A DNA stretch of 64,000 bases from Lingula anatina (Eukaryota > Animalia > Brachiopoda): assembly GCA_051362555.1 (NCBI GenBank), contig CM120640.1, forward strand, positions 12,586,001 to 12,650,000, written 5' to 3'. Below, piece by piece: positions 1 to 13,770 of the stretch (position 1 is the first letter of the stretch; every line of letters begins with the position of its first letter). The notes below the pieces were generated by a model. That model made no database searches and was not told the origin of the DNA. It saw only the letters and a program-made list of their open reading frames with translations. A program made the translations under genes and the position numbers.

Positions 1-118
1 TCTCACATAATAAACCTTCTTTACAAGTATAACTTGTACTGAGATAAAATAGATAATCACTACATCCAAATACCCTTTGCTATCACATTCTGTCATAATA
101 ACATAGAAATTCACTTAC

Positions 119-3100
119 TTTGTGTTCCCTCTGGGGGTCCACATGGCTACTGCCCTGCTGTTTCTGTAGCAAGGCATAAGCCTTCTCCAGCTCCATGTGT
201 TCTTTATTCAGGCGTTGGTAGTTTCTCTCAAACTCCTCACGAGTAATCTAAACACACAACCTCAGCATTATTAATGAAATAAGCAAATTTCCATTTAATA
301 TGCATGCTTAACGGTGAGATTTTTTCTTAAATAATACATTTATCTTCAATAAGCATCTGTTAATATTTCTAGTATTAGTGTGAAATCTATGGTCTAGGGA
401 TAGAAGTGAAGACTGAATCAAAATTCGCTAGTCTTGAAATGGAATCAACATTTAAAGGAAAATTCATCCAAAATAACCACTAAAATATCTGCTATTCCAA
501 TCAGATGGGTAACTTTCAGGTATCTCATTTTTTTATTTACTAGACTGATACCAAATTTACTAGTCAATGGTTTCAAACCAGTAGCTAATGCCACAGACCA
601 TTTCAGAAACCTGACTATTGGGGTATTCTACAAATTATATACATATTCCTAAATCTTAACATCTTGTCTAGTATCAACACTCTATGGACATATTCTACAG
701 GCCAAATATCCTGTCTTCAGTCAGAATAAACAATGAACAAGATGGCTAGTCCACCCACATCATCCCAAAACTCCTCTTCTATTTGAGGGTCAAGGGGAAT
801 GGAAGCCACCGAAAATTCAGAGTCCACAGAACACGAGTCTTCATCATAGCCATAGTAGGTCTCCTTTATCCCAGCAGCCTGGAAATAGACAATAATGTAT
901 ATTTTAGGTTCCATATGTCTCTCAAATTTATATTCATCATGATTTTTTCTCTCCTTATTTTATAATACCGATTACTTTAACCTTTTATGCAGTCAAAAAT
1001 ATTCTGCTATAGAATTTTTTTGATAATTGAACCAATAACATGCATACTGTATGTAAGCTATCTAATAAAAAGTCTAAGGAGAATTAATTTGTCATTCTTT
1101 GGATCTAACTCCTTCCTTTTGAACATGAGTTGAGATTGACAATGACTCACCTTGTTCTGTGCTCGCAATGTATTGCTTCTCTGTCTTGCATGTTTTATGA
1201 TTTCTATTTTGCGATCCTTTTCCTACAATCAGTAATAAAACCAAAATAAATGTCATGGTCAAAAAGTTTGACATTAAGACATTGAATAACATTCTAAAAA
1301 GTAAAGTAAAAACAACATGCCACATTTAAAAGCATCCATTTTTTTCTGAATATCTTAAATAAAGATTCAAAACAAAAACTAACACACAAAGCCCGTCAAA
1401 ACATTGAATTGTGAAACAAAAGAGAGTTCTACATGCACACCAACAAATGATCACTAAACTACATGCACAGCAACACCTGAATACTAAAATGTGATTGACA
1501 TATAATAGTATTCATTGTGTAGGACTTCAATACAGTATCAGATAAATCCACTTGTGAATTCAAGAAAAAAAACCATAAATTTTGTGCATCACTGAGCATG
1601 AACCTGATACAAAAACTTCATATCCAGTTAACACCACACATTCTTTTATAACAAAACATGTACAACAGACTTAAAAGATAGTGTTACAAGCGTGTGATAG
1701 TTGGACCCTATCCACCATAAAAAACACTTTTTTTTTCAGGTACATGTCAAAATGATGAATACTTTTCTTAATGCAAGAGAAATTTTTAATTGAAAAATTG
1801 GATATGCCTTTGAAAAAGCTGTGTTAGATACTTTGTAAACCTTTATTCAAAAATAAAAATTCACATGGATTCAGTTTTGCCAAAACTGAGGACATTTAAT
1901 CCTGAATTATCAACATATATAGATAAGTCACAATGATAATGCTTTCAATAATGGTATATTCAGAAGTATATGATACCATTCAGATATTAAAGTTTGGCTC
2001 TCCAGACAGATACTTACAGTACATGCTTGCTTGAGAGCATTGATCTGTTTTGTATGCTCCAAGCACTGCTGTCTCAGGTCCTCCAGCTCCACACTAGGGG
2101 CAGGCAGGCTCTCTAAGGCTTCCATTTTCCCACCAGTTTTCCCAGCCCCAGTGTTCCCCAGTAACTGCTTAGACAATGCCAGGCTCCTCCTCTTGTTTAC
2201 ATTCATCTGGCTCTTGAGTTTGTTATTGTCATCTGTGAGGACCTTAATTTTTTCTTCAAGTTGCCTGTTAATGGAGGATAGTTCCATGTTTTTCTCCAGG
2301 AATTTTTTGTTCCTGTCCTGTAGTGGCTTCCATTTTTTGTCCAGATCATGAATTCTCCGTAGCTGAAAGAACAATTTGCAACATGTATAATCAGTATTTG
2401 GATGACTGCAAATAAACACTGAGGAACAACATTTTGATATCTTCACACTTTCAGCAGTTATTTTTTGCTGTAACACATAATCATGGAACTGAAATTTCTT
2501 ATAAAAATACATGTAAATAAAATACCTTCTCATACTTTTTTACTGATCTAGAAGTAGAAGTAGAGATTTTCATGTTAAAATTCCAAATTATAGTACTTTG
2601 AAACTAACCTCTTTTCTATGTATATACCTTTCCAAATAACCTGCCTTCTGCATTTTTCTCATAAGATGTAAAGAATGATACCAGTTCCAAAATTCCACAA
2701 CTGTTTCTTTCAACATGTGACAAAATGACACCTGGTGCAATATGCTTACCCAGCCACCAATGCTCACACATATTAAGATAAATTAGCTGAACAAAAATTT
2801 ATCATTCTGTTACTGAGACAATGATGTATTATGGCTAATTCATTGCATCAAAAATAACTTGTTTGGCAGAGGCTTAGATTGCTGATATATTGAGGTGAAA
2901 AAGATATTAAGTATCTCAACTGTACTTACAAGCAAAATTTAATGTATACTGAAACAACCTTTATTTATAATATATACCAATCCTATTTTCCTTTAATCAA
3001 TTTTTCATGTATCATATGATCTATTACCAATAGTTTTGTATATATGTATAAATACCATGAGCTATATAGTTGTTCAATATTGAAGAGGAAGAGGGTAAAA

Positions 3101-4252
3101 TGATGAATACAGCTAAGATGTAATGTAGCAACCAGCTGATATACCAGTAACTCAGTTCTCCAGCCTCACATTATCTCACCCAGACTGATCTTTACCCCAA
3201 GAAGAGAGATACAGTTTACGAGATTCAGGGTAATCAGGTGGATAGACACCATATGCTGGTGAAGAACATACACAGCTGTTACCAAGTCCATAGCTAGTTA
3301 TAAGCTAATGTAAGCTTCATTCTCTAAGGATCAATCATATGAATCCATAATTTGGTATTTGGCTATATATTTAAGTACTTCATCCCTGCTAAAACACTGG
3401 GCTTTATCTTTCAAGCTGTCTGGCAGGTATTAAGGAACATGAAGACTGGTTTATCACAAGATAAGCTATTCAGAATCATATCATACCTTTCATCATTTTA
3501 TTTCTATTTCATATCATTCTTAGAACTGTATATTTAGAGAGCTAACAAATGTAACTGTCACATTTAATGCTCGAATAAATTATTATTATTATTATTATTA
3601 TATATTGACATTAGCAGAAAATGTATTAACAGTACAGAGAGCCTTCTCTCAAGCATCTCAGACTACATATGCCTTTTTGACGCTCCTATCTTTATTCCCC
3701 TGACGTCATTCATTAATTATGATAAAAACTAGTTATATGTAAAGCATGAGAATTACAGGGCTTCAGTTCCCTGAGTTATTCATGGATCACTTTAACTGTT
3801 TACCTACAAACCCCAGCTACATCCCTGCAGTAAACAAATTACCTGGAGAAACAAGACCTCCTGCAACAAAGCCTATTATAACTATACTGTCTGCCATAGC
3901 ATGTGCTTGTTGTACAGGTGCTACTTGGCTTTGAAGGCTGCATTACAATAATTAACTCAACAAGTACTGCCTACCTGTGCCTGTATATATATATCAAGAG
4001 CTTCAGCTTGTTAAGACTAATAAACAAGAATGATAACCAGAAGATCTGATACATGTCCAGATTTGGATGAGCATACTAGTACCATCTCTACAAAGGAATA
4101 CCAATAAAAGTAAATAATCATTTTTCTCACTTCTTTCTTTTCTTTTCTTACCTGTTCTTCCCTAAAATACATGCACATATATAAAACATTTAGTGGTAAA
4201 CTGGGAACAAGAATCCTCTATCTTAACTTTTCAGATATTTGGGAAGAAGAAT

Positions 4253-4289
<37 letters not shown>

Positions 4290-7200
4290 TACTTTAAGAC
4301 TGTCATATTCATTCCGTAGTTGCATTATACCTAATTAATCAAAGAACCAAATCAACAGAGATAATTATAAATAACTGTAAATATAATTGGGGCACTTATT
4401 GGGATATTTAGAAAGACAGGGACTGCTTGGTACTGCTTGGTTTAAGGGCTAATTTTCTGTTGATATTGAGTGTCTGTGAAGAAATGCCAGTTCATTTCTG
4501 AAGGATGTTCAACCTTTATCTAATAAGCCTGTGTTGCCAACTTCTACATATATTGCTAGGATTTGGGGTTCATTTACTTTCTAACATGACTGGCAATGTA
4601 AGGGTATGTGAATTCCTCACTAAATTTCAGGCAACCTTTATTAGATCCAAATATAGGGTATTCATGGATGCATACATGCTTTGCCTTCAGAATTTTATCT
4701 CAATGATCTGAAAGTCATTGCTATGCTTGCAGTAAGTGCATTAGTTCAAAGGCAAAAATCTGATGTAAACTTCACCTTCAAAGATAAACTAGAAATTTCT
4801 CATCTAATATAAACACATGAAAGTAACAAGGAGCCAGCTAGTAAGCAGCCCACCAAGGCTGGGAGTGGTTGGGTCTTTAACTTGACTGACTTTCTAAAGA
4901 CTTGCAGGGAGTACCTCTTAGTGGAAAATGAAATACCCATTACCTCTGATGTTTCATAAGCACTGGCCTAGACACAGCATGGGTATCTGTTATTCATAGG
5001 AACTTCAGCTTTTATATCAACCATCAGTGATACAGAGGAAGAACTTATAAAATATGTTCAGAGCAGCACAAAAATGAAAAGAAGAAAATTGAAAGGTTTA
5101 TTTCACAAGAATATATATATCTGAGAGATAACCAAAAATACTCTAGGATTTCATATAAGTGCCTATAGGTGAAAACTCTTAAAATATAATACAAAATCTT
5201 CAGAATATGTGCAACTGGAGTGATCTTACCTCACCATATCCATATTAGTTGTAACTTAAAAGAACCACATTCAGCACATTAATTAAGTGTGAAGTACCTA
5301 AAGTTTGGTTTCTTATATATATAAGATTGACAGCCTCTATACCCTTTCTAATAAAACTGATCTTTAAACAATACTAGTACATCTCTAGGTTCAAACACTT
5401 TATATAGATCACATACACACATCCACTCATTACAAGTTACAACACAATTGTTCAACAGAGTTCAAAATCCATCAACACAAAAATCACTCGGCCACATGGC
5501 AACATTGCTTACCAGTTCAGCTTTTTCTTGGACAAGTTCTGCATTTTTGTATTCCAGCTTACGGATCTTGCTGTTAAGGTCTCCAATTTTGCTCCTTAAT
5601 TTGTCTCCTTCATCAAGTGAACTGGACATCTATGACAATCAAAGGATAATATTTTCACTAATCAAGTACAGGCATCATAATCATCTTTAAACATGACTTT
5701 ACAATCTTCTCAGAAGAGTCACTGTTCAATCTACAAGATAAAATCTATTTATTCACAGTTCAAATTATCAACTTATAAATTTCACAGTTACACTCAATAT
5801 ACTGCAGGTAACTTTTAAAATGCAGTGTAATTTGATATATTATATATTAAAGTATGAATATTCCATATGTCACAATATTACTACCTCAGAATCCCTGTCC
5901 ATTGGCTGTGGTGTGCTCAGTGTTCTTGGACTGCTGTTTTCAGATTTCCTTTCCAACTGCAGCCGTACATAGTTACCAGTCTGAAGACCCAGGTCTTTCT
6001 CCAACCCAGAGATCAACTTGTCTTTGGTTTTCAGTTCTTCAACCTATGAAAAGGCAATGATAAAATAACTGTGAACCCAATGGCAACTTTTTGATAGAAA
6101 AGTGGTCATGATTAAAATGAAAGACCTCATGGTTGAATAGGTTGAATAGATAGCATACTGCACACTAAATTGTCTACCAGTGGTGTCAAATATAATATGA
6201 TTGATCAGTGTGTTTACTTACAACAAATAATACCTTTTATGTGAATTATATAATAAACTGAAGTACAAATGCATGGTGAAATGTATATCTTTCACACTAG
6301 ATATATGCAGATTTTGTTAATTTCTTCTGCAAACTTTACTATTTGTATCATTGCACACACATGATATGTGTTGAAAGTAATGACAAAATAAGAAGAAACA
6401 AGTTGTGTTTTTCTCACTCATATATCCCACAAGAAACAAATAATGACTTAGTTGTAGCAACAAAACAATCAATTCCATGTATTATGCAAAATATAATGGT
6501 TTCTCCACAGTTGTATCAAATATAACATAGTCTAATAAAAAGCAAAAATGAAAATAAAGCAACCCTTAAACTTCCCCATGAATCAAATATGGACCAAATA
6601 AGTGGAAAAAAAACAAAGAAAATCTGTACATCATAATTACAAAATCTGTTAATGTTTTGTACCTAAAATGCACTTATTTACAAAAGCCTGATATGCCACA
6701 TCTGAAATTGATAGGCCCATGTCTTCCTGCTGAGATTAAGCAAGATTTTCCATTCTGGCATTGATAACATGGTGGGGGTTTGTATTTATATTGAGAGAGA
6801 TAAACCCCAATACAAGACAATGTATTTACACAGGGAGATATATGTCAGAATATGCTGTTGTATTAGCTCTATTTCTGGACAATGCAGAGCTAAACATGCG
6901 TCATAAAACAAAGTAGAAAAGTGTTTTATTTATTTAATTGCACAACAGAAATTGCACTGATGTGGACCAGGATTAGAACAATGGAATAGAATCTAGTATT
7001 CACTGTGGGAAGGAGAGAACAGGTACAGGAATTCTTAGTGTCAAGCAATGTGAATATTTACTGTAGATTCAGATTCTTTATTGACAAACACATTCACATA
7101 CAAGGAACAACCCATGACAAAACAACTAACTATAACAGAGCACAAATAAATAGATAAATATATAAATGATCATAGTGGTTATATAAATGGCTATAAAAAT

Positions 7201-8947
7201 GGATGTATATAGATATGCGTGTAGTGTTCCATAATCATTTACCAAGATTGATCTACATGCCCAGTCCCTGCTGGTTTTCCTTTCATAGCAGATAAAAAAT
7301 GCTGTTCACTTGTAACCTTATCCATATTCAAACCATTCTTTTGCATAATATTTTTCACTAACCCAACCAGGCCGAAAGTCTCACTTTTTCTCTTAAGATC
7401 TTTTAACTCTAACTACGCTTGTTTGAATCATTAAAGTAGGCTGCTGGTTCTGACTAACTGCAACTACTGGACCTGCCACGCTAAGTTGTATGACCCACAG
7501 GTGTTCCCCACAGGTGTAACATTTAGATAGAAATAAGCTTAGCCATCTACATGCTGCCCATGGGTGAATTCACATAAGATCCAGACGGATCAATGTGAAA
7601 TAATTATGTGGACTTCATTTTCATCACTGATGACTTTAATCAATCTGGTGTGAATTTAACTTATTTTGAGGAAATCATTGCAAAATCCATTTGCATGCAG
7701 ATAAATTGCAATTATAACTACTGGGTCAGGGATTACGTCAATTAGAGAGATTTCCAACAACCTAGTGTAAATGCACCCCATATCTGATCATCACCGATCT
7801 CACTACCTGACAATACACCCCTCATCTACACATCCATCAATCCTGGCACACTCCCTAAATAACCAGGATCACTCAGCAAGAGAAGCTCTCAAGAAGATAG
7901 GCAACGCAAATAGTTAACCTTCATACACTGCTCGTCTGGAGTATAAAATAATCAATATCAAGGTTGTCTTTTAAAAAGGTTGTTTTTAACTGGATATGGC
8001 ATTCTTGTAGGCACCTTGGATTATTGAATTTGATTTCACGTTAATTTATCTAATTTGTTTATTGAAGGATAAGAGAACATCAGTTCAAAATAATTAATTT
8101 GTGGCTAACGAGGCAAAAAGGTTTTAGTGTCTACAAAGTAATTGCAAAAACAAGGGATCCCCTGATGAAGTGCAGAACATATGGGAAATAGCTCATCATG
8201 AAAGCTTTTCAGCTATAAGTGACTCAAGCCCTTATCTCCTTCATAAAAGATTAGCTGCAATATAATACACAGAGGAAAGTCAGTTTGTAACATGTGCACT
8301 GCAGGCACATATGCACCTACCAATTTTCTGATCTCTTGCTGTAAATCCCTTTTGATTTTGGCAACTTCTATTTCACAGTCTTCTTTGGTTTTTCTCAGAT
8401 CACTGTGACGCTGTCTTTCAGCCTCTGATATTGTCTCATGTGATTCTTCTAATTGTTTATTACTCTGCTTCAGATCAGAGATTTCTTGAAGGAGTTTGTT
8501 CCTCTCGCTATCCAGCTGATCTTTAAATTGGCTTTTAATGGGTGAATCTGAGGCAGACATTGCTTTTATTCTGGCATTTTCTATCTCAAGTCTGGTAATT
8601 TCAACTTCTTTAAGTTTCACTGCCTTTTCCATATCATGATCATACTTTTTCATCAATGTCTGCCTCAGTGCATCAAATTCCTTCAGTTTATCTTGGTGCA
8701 GTTTCGTCTTCAGGTCACCCAGAGCTATGGATGCTTTGCGCTGTTCTTGTTCTCGAGCTGCTTTGACCTCTGCAATTTTTTCATGCTGAAGCTGTTTCAC
8801 GTTTCCTCGTTCTCTGTCTAAGTCGGACTTGGTCTGCTTCAGTTGTTCAGTGAGTGTTTCAATGGACAGCATTGTGGACATTGATGAGGACAGGGATCTG
8901 CTCATATCTTGGCCACTGGGAATGTTCTTTTTTGGTTTTGCAGCCAT
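119..8947 (-). CDS. JAKMIP: Janus kinase and microtubule-interacting protein (JAKMIP/Marlin-1)-like coiled-coil protein; 5' part only, continues beyond the left edge
   Basis: Coding exons 8321-8947, 5885-6043, 5513-5629, 2018-2362, 1151-1222, 759-878, 119-247; all introns GT-AG, phase 0. Peptides match remembered JAKMIP motifs: REQEQRK..LKTKLHQDKLKEF, VEELKTKDKLISGLEKDLGLQTG, KIGDLNSKIRKLEYKN, KPLQDRNKK, ETYYGYDEDS.SVDSE, YQRLNKEHMELEKAYALLQKQ. Confidence 0.85.
4256..4288. repeat. poly(T) tract
   Basis: Run of about 33 T in a JAKMIP intron. Confidence 0.9.
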
Positions 8948-9959
8948 GGTGGATCAGTGACAGTTGGTACCTTAAGTCAACTGATAATGATGGATCCTAA
9001 TTAGAAGATAAAAAACAAAAGTTAATTTTTCTTTTCAAGCCTGCCACTGTTATATAAGACCTTTTCTGCAAAATTTGCCAGATATTCACATTTGGTTCTT
9101 GACAAAAAAAAGTAAATGCAAAACCATGTGAAACAAAACCATGTGCCCCATTCATTCAGCTCCCCCTCCCCCTGCGATTTCTTGTATGTGTACAGGGTAA
9201 TTTCTGAAAAGTGGGTTTCATCGTTTGGTAACAACAGCGAAAAAAATACCATTGGAGGCAATATTAATGTTTAAATTGAAGAAACATTTTCTGGAAGAAA
9301 AGAGATGCCATATAAATTTGCAAGTATGTAGAAACTTTTTTCAAAACAGTCAGCGGGTTACAGTTGAGTTGCCATTTGACAGATCAATCAGATCGATATA
9401 CTTATCAGCATTCCAACACAGAAGAAGAAGAATTTAAATTGTTTTATAAAATAATTAACATAAATGACATAGAACTAACAAAATGCAATTTACCTTTGGT
9501 TTGAAAAGAGCTTATACACCAAATTTAAGCTCTTTTTTCCACCACCACTGCCGAAAGCCCTCCATTCACAAGCACCTTGTTTGTAACCTAACCACCTTCA
9601 AGAAGCAGTTTCATACGCCAAGGAACCATAGTCCCAGCTGTTTGTATATATCCATTATTACTCGAAGTTGGAGATAAATGGAGAGTCCACTCCCATGTTT
9701 CATTGGTAAAAGTATGAAAAAAGAGCCACATGCCATAAAAGTGCTTTGATATTAGAAAGATAATGTAACAAAATTTGACAATATTGCGGATGAATACATT
9801 CTTTTAGCATGCGAAAAATCTAACATCTATGATATTCTTTTGAATATAAAGGCTACTTCATTAATAATTGATGACTATAAACCAGTAATTTTTTTCGTTT
9901 TGGAGAATGTGCAGTTAATTTGGTTACTTTGGGTTTTGCTCTAAATTATTGCTCAATAT

Positions 9960-10130
9960 TAACTTAAGTCAGTGCACCTGCGCCACGGTGTTTACGGCTT
10001 GCATCTTACTTCTACACCACGTGACAACAATAATTTACGTCATTTTCACAACATCAACAAAGTTTACGTGCCACTTTGGATGTACTGCATTTCCAGGCCA
10101 TAGTTTGCTGCTTTTTAGGAAGCTTTTGAA
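9960..10130. promoter_or_regulatory. Probable bidirectional promoter shared by JAKMIP-like (-) and BNIP3 (+), with HRE/E-box/CRE-like motifs
   Basis: Locally CpG-containing patch between divergent genes. CACGTG 10018-10023 (GTCACGTG on -), TTACGTCA 10035-10042, TACGTG 10065-10070. A possible minus-strand donor near 9977 would fit a JAKMIP 5'UTR exon; the acceptor of the ATG exon is at 8997-8998. Confidence 0.5.
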
Positions 10131-13100
10131 ATGGCGGCGGTTCCGAAGTCTAGTCAAGAGGAAGCTCTAAATGGTAAACATAAATTTTGCAATATGATGA
10201 TAAGATCATAAAAAGAGATGGGTAGAAAACAGGGTGTACCATTTTTGACACTGAGACTGACAGGAGTGAATTGACCTCGTTCATGAACAGACCTGCTGAC
10301 AGTCATGTCCATATACTACGCCCTGAATAACAGACTAGTTTATTACTGTGTGTCACGTCTACAATATTATGTCAGTGTATTTTAAATAGTTAAAAATTTT
10401 CTACAATCCATTATTTAATGGTACGTGTTTCTTGTCGTGAACTTCGCCATTCTGTCAATTCTGTTGTTTTTCACTCATATATACAGTGCCGTGTATCTCT
10501 ACCCGTGCAGGTGGTTACCGCACCTGACCCTCGCTATCTTGATGAGATGTTATAAGGTCAGGTATAGGTCACACATTTTTGTCTGTGTCCCTGAACTGTC
10601 GCATATATTGCGCTGCTGCAGACGGATAAAATTACTTTCGTCTGTCATGTTTCACATTCTTCTAGATCCAAACATTGAACAAAATCCGAAATCCGTAATG
10701 TCTGAAAGGCCTTCTTTTTGGTTAGAAGAATTTTTTTGGCACAACAACTAATAGAATCAATATTGAATGAATAGATATATTTTGTCATAGAACAGTGGAG
10801 GTCAATCAATTTTGAAGTTGCTTATGACTATATTATCAACAAAAGATGGTTATATTTGGCAAAGATGTTGTATGAAGACGTGGTTTTGTGGTCTGCCCAG
10901 GACTCCATTTTGTAATATGTTATATGGAAGTGAGAAGGATGAAAGCCAACTACCATAGTTAATCCATCATGCCTATCAAACAACACCATAAATGCTGCAT
11001 GGAAGGGGCAAGCAAGTATGCTTAGAAAATGATCCCGGAGTTTTGAGTTGGCTGAATGCCAGTTTTAAGCAGACATGTTGAAAACTGAGATCTAATAGTT
11101 ATTATGCATATCATATTATGCATCTTTAAAAGTGGTATGCCACCAAAAGGGCTTTTTCTTCCTCAAAAGTGGTATGACACCAGATGGGCTTTTTCTTCCT
11201 CAGATGGTCTTTCCATGCTTTGATTGACAGAAAAGAAAACAAATGTAACATATTTTCTTGTAAATTACTTCTGTTACTTCTTCATAATGAATCAAAATAT
11301 TTAGTTTCAATATCATAGTACAAACTTCTTTCTTGATTTATATTTCAGACTCATGGGTGGAGCTGCATTTTCAGCAGAATGGAAGTGGCACTGGGTCTGA
11401 GACAAACGGTAGGCCCACCTCAGTATATACTGGGAACATGGAGAAGCTGTTGATTGAGGCACAAAAGGAAGGTTCCAGGGCATCATCTCGAGTGACCAGC
11501 TCATCATCTAGCCGGGGAAGGTGAGAAAGTTATATTTACTGGTACTGTAGATTTTATTTGCTAGACATACAACAGTGTCATGTGAAGGAGACACTAGCCT
11601 TATTCTTTTTAAGATCAGTTTGAATATTGTAAGTTTTAATTATGAAAAATATGGAACTGTGGTGTTGATAGATTTGTCACATAGCATATCATCCAAATCA
11701 CTCAATACCCAATGCATAAGATGCTGAAATTACTTTCTGTAGATCAGCCAGCTTAATTGTAGTATTTTATTGGGTTTTTTTAACCAGCTGATGTGTCTTC
11801 CTTTCCAAATTATGTTAAAAGATATGATTTAGCTGAACATCCTCTATTATTGCTTTGAATATTCAAAATAGTGTCCGGATATTTCCTAATATTTATGAGT
11901 ATGAGTGAAAAATGTTTGCAGTTTACTATTAAAAAATTGTCTGTTTATCATTTTAGTCCCAAGGGCCCTCCAAGTCCAAATGAGGTAGGTCTTAAGTGTC
12001 TATATTTTGATTTGGATACCAACTTACTACAGTATGTATGTAAAAACAAAGTATCTTGTGTTGTTCAATATCCTTATCTTTTAACTCCACACATGGGTCA
12101 AGGTTAGAACTATGTGACATATTAATCATAAATAGATTACATTCTTAATTTACACTTGAGTTATCTCAATGATAATTCAACTGGATTTCTCTTCTAAAAT
12201 ACATGGGTGTATTTTTTATACATACATTAGAACACTGAAAAAAATATGAATTTTTGACCTGATATATACACCCACAATCCAGATAGTTGTTGATGTACTA
12301 AAGAAGGCAGTTATATCTCTTATGTTTCAAATTAGGCACCATATGGTGCTGAAATACATCAAGTTGTCTGTAAACATGGTGTTTTTTTTCTCCAGTTATC
12401 TCTTTAATGCACTTTAGTCCATTATTTTACAACTTATGGCTATTATAAATGTCCATAAAGCTGTGACTGTTATACTGTTAAATTACGTTTGCAGCTGAAA
12501 TGAAAGCATAATACAGTGTATATAGATAAAAGGAGCAGAGAGTATGTTAAGGTCACTCAGATAAGTATCACTATTTTGGGAGAAATCTGCTCAGAGAAAG
12601 TGAAATATAGAATATCCAAAGACAATGTTAGATACAATATGTTTAGCTTTTCACATATTCAGTTTCAATCCTCATTCTTCAGAGTCACCAAGAACTACAG
12701 AATGCCGACTGGATATGGGACTGGTCCAGTAGACCTGAAGTGATGCCACCAAGGTAACAGTGAACCTGGCAAATGAATCAGTGACATGTTTAATTACACA
12801 GTCAATCTTTTAGATTTGACACCTAAAAGTATAACCTTACACAGCCTTGTGAAATTTAATTTACAAACTTCGTTAATGCTTTTCATTGTCATCCTAACCC
12901 ACTGGAGAAACCAAGATATTAATGTAGACATTATAAAGGGGGTAGAAAAAATACCATTATTTTCACTTGGCCCAGTAGGTCTGCACTTGATGGGTACCTC
13001 TGCTTTGTTCACGTTTGCCAGTAGCCACAATAAAAAAGTAGCAAAGTCTCTGTGCTGTGCTTATCTTCAACATTGTCTGCATCAGACCTACATTTGCAAT

Positions 13101-13770
13101 GAATTGGTATTGGTATTTTGAGCAAGGATACTATGTGGTGAAAGTTGTCTCATCTTGTAAATTCCCTGCATATGTTTTATCCACACCATGTAATGTTTTA
13201 TCTTTCAAGAGTCTGTTGGTGCTGATTTGATATATTTCCCTTCTCTGCAGTGACTGGCATATCCGGTTTAAGCACCCAGAGCATAGCAGAAGAGCCACAG
13301 TTCACAGCTCAGGACCCAGAAAGGCTGGCTTGTTTAGCATGGAGAACCTTAGGCTGCTACTCTGCACTCATGCTAGTGTCTTTGTCATGGGAGCAGCAGT
13401 AGGAGCAGCTATGGCGTGAGTAGTTAGGTTATACTTCAGTGTCAGATGTTAATGAATGTTTGAATTGAGTTAGTGCAAAATTTACGGAATTTTTACCTTG
13501 TTTGATTTTATTAAATGAACAGGCATAAGTACCATTCCAGTAAAAAGAAAAGAGATTACATTTCCATTGATTGTTTATTTAATTAAACATACAATTATCT
13601 CTGGTGATGCTTCTGAATTGTATATATGAAAGACACATGCTGTTAACTTATTGAAAAATGCAAGAAGAACTGCCATTCCTAAAATAACACATTTTAAGAA
13701 CAGATCTTTACCCTTTTTCAGGATTTTATATATCAAAAAGTATGCAAACTTGACAGTGTCCTCAAGCTAA
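10131..13770 (+). CDS. BNIP3: BNIP3/NIX-family mitophagy receptor, about 175 aa
   Basis: Exons 10131-10173, 11349-11520, 11957-11984, 12683-12753, 13251-13415, 13722-13770 join in frame. Motifs: EEALNDSWVELHF (LIR WVEL), YTGNMEKLLIEAQKE, Ser-rich segment, DWIWDWSSRPE, FKHP, GLFS and a C-terminal TM anchor (THASVFVMGAAVGAAMAILYIKK). Confidence 0.93.
11128..11201. repeat. 37-bp tandem duplication in BNIP3 intron 1
   Basis: aaaagtggtatg(c/a)cacca..gggctttttcttcctc present twice in tandem. Confidence 0.8.
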
